The position numbers and the translations under genes are program-made. From Malacoraja senta (Eukaryota): 64,000 nucleotides of DNA. The number at the start of each line of letters is the position of its first letter. Position 1 is the stretch's first letter. Below are positions 58,304-64,000 of this stretch, piece after piece. The DNA lies in the NCBI GenBank assembly GCA_038087875.1, contig CM075995.1, positions 10,914,001-10,978,000 of the forward strand. Direction: 5' to 3'. Under the pieces are notes generated by a model, which ran no database searches, had not been told where the DNA came from, and saw nothing but the letters and a program-made list of their open reading frames with translations.

Positions 58304-60331
58304 AAGAGCCATGGTTTTCAAGGGAAATTGGACACTTAGTTCGGAAAAAGAGAGAGATCTACAATAATTATAGGCAGCATGGAGTAAATGAGGTGCTTGA
58401 GGAGTATAAAAAATGTAAAAAGAGTCTTAAGAAAGAAAGTAGAAAAGCTAAAAGAAGATATGAGTTTGCTTTGGCAAATAAGGTGAAAGTAAATCCAAAG
58501 GGTTTCTACAGCTATATTAATAGGAAAAGGATAACGAGGGATAAAATTGGTCCATTAGAGAGTCAGAGTGGACAGGTATCTGCAGAGCCAAAAGAGATGG
58601 GGGAGATATTGAACAATTTATTTTCTTCGGTATTCACCAAGGAGAAGGATATTGAATTATGTGAGGTAAGGGAAACAGGTAGAGTAGCTATGGAAACTAT
58701 GAGATTCAAAGAAGAGGAAGTACTGACACTTTTGAGAAATATAAAAGTGGATAAGTCTCCAGGTCCGGACAGGATATTCCCTAGGACATTGAGGGAAGTT
58801 AGTGTAGAAATAGCAGGGGCTATGACAGAAATATTTCAAATGTCATTGGAAACGGCAATAGTGCCGGAGGATTGGCGTACTGCGCATGTTGTTCCATTGT
58901 TTAAAAAGGGGTCTAAGAGTAAACCTAGCAATTATAGACCTGTTAGTTTGATGTCAGTGGTGGGCAAATTAATGGAAAGGATACTTAGAGATAATATATA
59001 TAAGCATCTGGATAAACAGGGGCTGATTAGGAACAGTCAACATGGATTTGTGCCTGGAAGGTCATGTTTGACTAATCTTCTTGAATTTTTTGAAGAGGTT
59101 ACTCGGGAAATTGATGAGGGTAAAGCCATGGATGTTGTATATATGGACTTCAGTAAGGCCTTTGACAAGGTTCCTCACGGAAGGTTGGTTAAGAAGGTTC
59201 AATGGTTGGGTATTAATTGTGGAGTAGCAAGATGGATTCAACAGTGGCTGATTGGGAGATGCCAGAGAGTAATGGTGGATGGTTGTTTGTCAGGTTGGAG
59301 GCCAGTGACTAGTGGGGTGCCACAGGGATCTGTGTTGGGTCCACTGTTGTTTGTCATGTACATCAATGATCTGGATGATGGTGTGGTAAATTGGATCAGT
59401 AAGTATGCAGATGATACTAAGATAGGTGGGGCTGTGGATAATGAAGTAGATTTTCAAAGTCTACAGAGAGATTTATGCCGGTTGGAGGAGTGGGCTGAAA
59501 GATGGCAGATGGAGTTTAATGCTGATAAGTGTGAGGTGCTACATCTTGGCAGGACAAATCAAAATAGGACGTACATGGTAAATGGTAGGGAATTGAAGAA
59601 TGCAGGTGAACAGAGGGATCTTGGAATAACTGTGCACAGTTCCCTGAAAGTGGAATCTCATGTAGATAGGGTGGTAAAGAAAACTTTTGGTGTGCTGGCT
59701 TTTATAAATCAGAGCATTGAGTATAGATGTTGGGATGTAATGCTAAAATTGTACAAGGCATTGGTGAGGCCAATTCTGGAGTATGGTGTACAATTTTGGT
59801 CGCCTAATTATAGGAAGGATGTCAACAAAATAGAGAGAGTACATAGGAGATTTACTAGAATGTTGCCTGGGTTTCAACAACTAAGTTACAGAGAAAGGTT
59901 GAACAAGTTAGGGCTTTATTCTTTGGAGCGCAGAAGGTTAAGGGGGGACTTGATAGAGGTCTTTAAAATGATGAGAGGGATAGACAGAGTTGACGTGGAT
60001 AAGCTTTTCCCATTGAGAGTAGGGAAGATTCAAACAAGGGGACATGACTTGAGAATTAAGGGACAGAAATTTAGGGGTAACATGAGGGGGAACTTCTTTA
60101 CTCAGAGAGTGGTGGCTGTGTGGAATGAGCTTCCAGTGAAGGTGGTGGAGGCAGGTTCGTTTTTATAATTTAAAAATAAATTGGATAGTTATATGGACGG
60201 GAATGGAATGGAGGGTTATGGTCTGAGCGCAGGTATATGGGACTAGGGGGGAATACGTGTTCGGCACGGACTAGAAGGCTCGAGATGGCCTGTTTCCGTG
60301 CTGTAATTGTTATATGGTTATATGGTTATAT
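58304..60331 (+). mobile_element. 5'-truncated young subfamily-B CR1 with open RT frame and 8-bp TSD
   Basis: ORF to 60168 with [12 protein letters not shown] and YADD. (GTTATATG)n tail. TSD AGTATGGA at 58296-58303 and 60332-60339. Confidence 0.93.
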
Positions 60332-61770
60332 AGTATGGATAGAACTGAGGAATTGGAAGGGTGAAAAGGCCCTAATGGGAGTTATCTTCAGGCCCCCAAA
60401 CAGTAGCCTGGATATAGGCTGTAAGTTGAATCAAGAGTTTAAATTTGCATGTCATAAAGGTAATGTTATGGAGGAAGAAAGATTCCAAGGAGAGAAAGGG
60501 ACGACCATGGCTGACAAGGCACGTCAGGAACAGTATATAAATTAAAGCGAAGTACAACGGAGCAAAGATGAGCGGGAAGCAAGAGGATTGGGTAATGTTT
60601 AAAGAACAACAGAAGGTAACTAAAAAGACAATACTGGGAGAAAAGATGAGGTACGAAGGTAAGCTAGCCAAGAATATAAAGCAGGATAGTAAAAGCTTAT
60701 TTAGGTATGTGAAGAGGAAAAAATTAGTTAAGACCAAAGTTGGACCCATGAAGGTGAATTTATTATGGGGAACAAGGAAATGGCAGATGAGTTGAACAGG
60801 TACTTTGGATCTGTTTTCACTAAGGAGGACACAAACAATCTTCCTGATATAGTAGTGGCCAGAGGATCTGGGGTGACGGAAGAACTGAAGGAAATCCACA
60901 TAAGGCAGGAAATGGTGTTGGATAGACTGGTGGGACTGAAAGCTGATAAATCCCCAGGGCCTGATGGTCTGCATCCCAGGGTACTTAAGGAAGTGGCTCT
61001 AGAAATCGTGGATGCATTGGTGATAATTTTCCAATGTTCTATAGACTCAGGATCAGTTCCTGTGAATTGGAGGGTAGCTAATGTTGTCCCACCTTTTAAG
61101 AAAGGCGGGAGAGAGAAAACAGGGAATTATAGACCAGGTAGCGTGACATCGGTGGTGGGAAAGATGCTGGAGTCAATTATAAAGATGAGATAGCTGAACA
61201 TTTGGATAGCAATAACAGGATCGGTCCGAGTCAGCATGGATTTACAAAGGGGAAATCATGCTTGACTAATCTTCTGGAATTTTTTGAAGATGTAACTAGG
61301 AAAATGGACAAGGGAGAGCCAGTGGATGTAGTGTACCTGGACTTTCAGAAAGCATTTGATAAGATTCCACATAGGAGATTAGTGGGCAAAATTAGGGCAC
61401 ATGGTATTGGGGGTAGAGTGCTGACATGAATAGAGAAGTGGTTGGCAGACAGGAAACAAAGAGTAGGGATTCAAAGTAACATTAGCAAATTTGAGGTGAC
61501 ACAAAACTGGGTGGCAGTGTGAACTGTGAGGAGGATGCTATGAGAATGCAGGGTGACTTGGAAAGGTTGGGGGAGTGGGCAGATGCATGGCAGATGAAGT
61601 TTAATGAAGAGTAAGATAAATGTGAGGTTATCCACTTTGGTAGCAAAAACAGGAAGGCAGATTACTATCTAAATGGCGTCAAGTTGGGAAAAGGGGAAGT
61701 ACAACGGGATCTGGGGGTCCTTGCACATCAGTCTATGAAAGTAAGCATGCAGCTACAGCAGGCGGTGAAG

Positions 61771-62648
61771 TGGCAGCGCTGCCCTAGTAACTGTGGCTCG
61801 CCTGCAATCTGTCGGTTTTTTCTTTTTGTTGTTGTTTTCTTTTGTCCTGTTTTAGTTACATTTATTTTTTTAGGTTGTGAATGTGTGGGGTGGGGGGGGC
61901 GGGGTGGGAGAAACATGTTTTTGGTCACTTCCTTCGAGGGAAGTCGACCTTTTCTTGTCGTATCCCCCGTCTCCGTCTGCACTGAGGCCTAATGGCGGAA
62001 CTGGCGGCCTCCAACTGGGACCGACCTCGAGGCTCCGGAGGCAGAGCCAGCCAGGACTTACCAACGCGAGGCTGGCCGACTTCGGTGCTGTGGTGGCGTT
62101 GCGGCGGTGGGCCGACTTTAGGGCTGTGGCGGTGTTCCGGCGGCGGCGGCCCGACTTCGGGGCTGTGGCGGCGTTCCGGCGATGGTGACCCGACTTCGGA
62201 ACCTCGGAGGGTCGGCCGTGGGCCCAGTGGACGACATTGCTTTCAGGTCACAGGTTGGTGACCTGTGTTTTCGGAGCTCCCGCAACAACGGCTTCGTCCG
62301 CTGGACTGGATGGCGGCAGCTTCGACCGCCCCGGGCCGCGGAGATTGAATCAGCCCGTTCGCGGAGCTCGGTTTCAGCCGCGGGACTGACTTACTTACCA
62401 TCACCCACAACATCGAAAGCCGAGATTGCCTCAGCGCAGAGGGAGACAAGGAGGGAAGAGACAAGGACTTTAAGACTTTTGCCTTCCATCACAGTGAGGA
62501 GGTGCCTGGTGGACTCACTGTGGTGGATGTTAAATTTGTGTTTATTGTGTGTTTTGTTATTTTATTCTATGTTATGACTGCAAAGCACGAAATTTCGTTC
62601 AGACCGAAAGGTCTGAATGACAATAAAGGATACTTATATTTACTTATA
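61771..62648 (+). mobile_element. Non-coding retroposon (about 880 bp) inserted into CR1
   Basis: Splits the CR1 sequence gtgaag|aaagcgaatgg. 3' hairpin TTCAGACC-GAAA-GGTCTGAA, AATAAA and a TACTTATA-repeat tail. Homologous to 52593-54565. Confidence 0.8.
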
Positions 62649-63297
62649 GAAAGCGAATGGCATGTTGGCCTTTATAACACGAGGAATCGAATATAGGAGC
62701 AAAGAGGTCCTTCTGCACTTGTACAGAGCCCTAGTGAGACCACACCGAGTATTGTGTGCAGTTTTGGTCCCCTAATTTGAGGAAGGACATCCTTGCTATT
62801 GAGGGAGTGCAGCGTAGGTTTACAAGGCTAATTCCCGGGATGGCGGAACTGTCATATGCTGAGAGAATGGAGCAGCTGGGCTTGTACACTCTGGAGTTTA
62901 GAAGGATGAGAGGATATCTTATTGAAACATATAAGATTGTTAAGGGCTTGGACATGCTAGAGGCAGGGAACAAGTTCCCGATTTTGGGGGAGTCCAGAAC
63001 CAGGGGCCACAGTTTAAGAATAAGAGGTAAGCCATTTAGAACGGAGACAAGGAAACACTTTTTAATCACAGAGAGTGGTGAGTCTGTGGAATTCTCTGCC
63101 TCAGAGGGCAGTGGAGGCCGGTTCTCTGGATACTTTCAAGAGAGAGCTAGATAGGGCTTCTTAACGATAGTGAAGTCAGGGGACATAGGGAGAAGGCAGG
63201 AACGAGGTACTGATTAGGGATGATCAGCAATGATCACATTGAATGGTGGTGCTAGCTTGAAGGGTCGAATAGCCTACTCCTGCACCTATTGTCTATT

Positions 63298-64000
63298 GGA
63301 AGCAAAGGCTGGAGGGGTGAAAGGAGAAACAGGAACTATTCTTGTTCCATCTGCGAGGTGTGGGCAGGTTGGTGGAAAAAACATGAGTAGAACTATGGGA
63401 CACATAGTTCCATGTGAGGGAGCCATCTATGACAGAAGATGGAAACCTATGTTTACTAAAGAAAGAGGGCATCTCGGATATCCTGGAATGGAAAATCTTG
63501 TTTGAGAGCAGGATGGAAGTTAGTGAACTCATTGAAATCCACGAGTTCTGGACAGGTAACGGAAGCAGTCCTCATGCAGTTGTCGAAGTAACGGAGAAAA
63601 AGATGGGTCATAGGGTCATTGTGTGCCTGAAAAAAAGATTGTTTGATGTAACCGACAAAAGGGCAGGTATAGCCGGGGGCCACACCATTCACTTGGAGGA
63701 AGTGAGGCCGAGTCAAAAGAAAAGTTGTTGAGGGGGTAGACAAATTCAGCCAAGCGGAGAAGAGCGTTAATAGAGGGATATTGAATGGGTCACTGTGGGA
63801 GGAAGAAACAATGGGCCGACGTCTTCCTTGTGGGGATGGAGGTGTAAGGGGATTGGACATCCATTGTGAAGATGAGGCAATGGGGGTCTAGAAATTGAAA
63901 GTTATTAAAGAGTTGAAGAGGTATGAGGTGTTTTGGATGTAGGTGGGATGGACTGAACCAGGGGGGGATAGGATGGAATCAAGTTCTTTGGAGACGAGTT
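63298..64000 (-). mobile_element. Degenerate Penelope RT fragment running off the window
   Basis: HFLQVNGVA...LFLRYFDNC (decayed YIDD) and FTNFHPAL. Confidence 0.75.

Larger units (their letters stand above)
56860..63297 (+). mobile_element. Degenerate CR1 ORF1 region followed by fragmented CR1 ORF2 with deletions and two nested insertions
   Basis: VGDSNVRG and DGLHLN; EN at 58040-58303; RT pieces at 60332-61770 and 62649-63297; CTATTGT tail. Confidence 0.85.

Overview
Eukaryotic, almost entirely transposon-derived DNA. The repeat complement and the host-gene remnants point to a cartilaginous fish, probably a skate or ray (inference, not database-confirmed). Most of the window is nested CR1 LINEs of several subfamilies. 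It also holds Penelope-like elements, Rex/Babar and L1/Tx1 fragments, two DIRS tyrosine-recombinase retroelements, one full-length Nimb/I-clade LINE with both ORFs open, and a composite DNA-transposon nest at 51.9-55.6 kb. The only host-gene signal is four minus-strand exon remnants of an elasmobranch NLR-type immune receptor pseudogene (56.4 to 43.8 kb). The most unusual observation is a THAP-bearing, P-element-like non-autonomous transposon. It contains three 31-37 bp end-to-end TIR fusions, two with perfect 8-bp TSDs, which look like P-element excision footprints in a vertebrate genome. Also notable: hammerhead-ribozyme-like motifs in Penelope terminal repeats, a catalytic D-to-V change in the otherwise intact Nimb RT, and a perfect 33-bp foldback. 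Boundaries of degenerate repeats are approximate. All family calls come from motif recognition without database searches.
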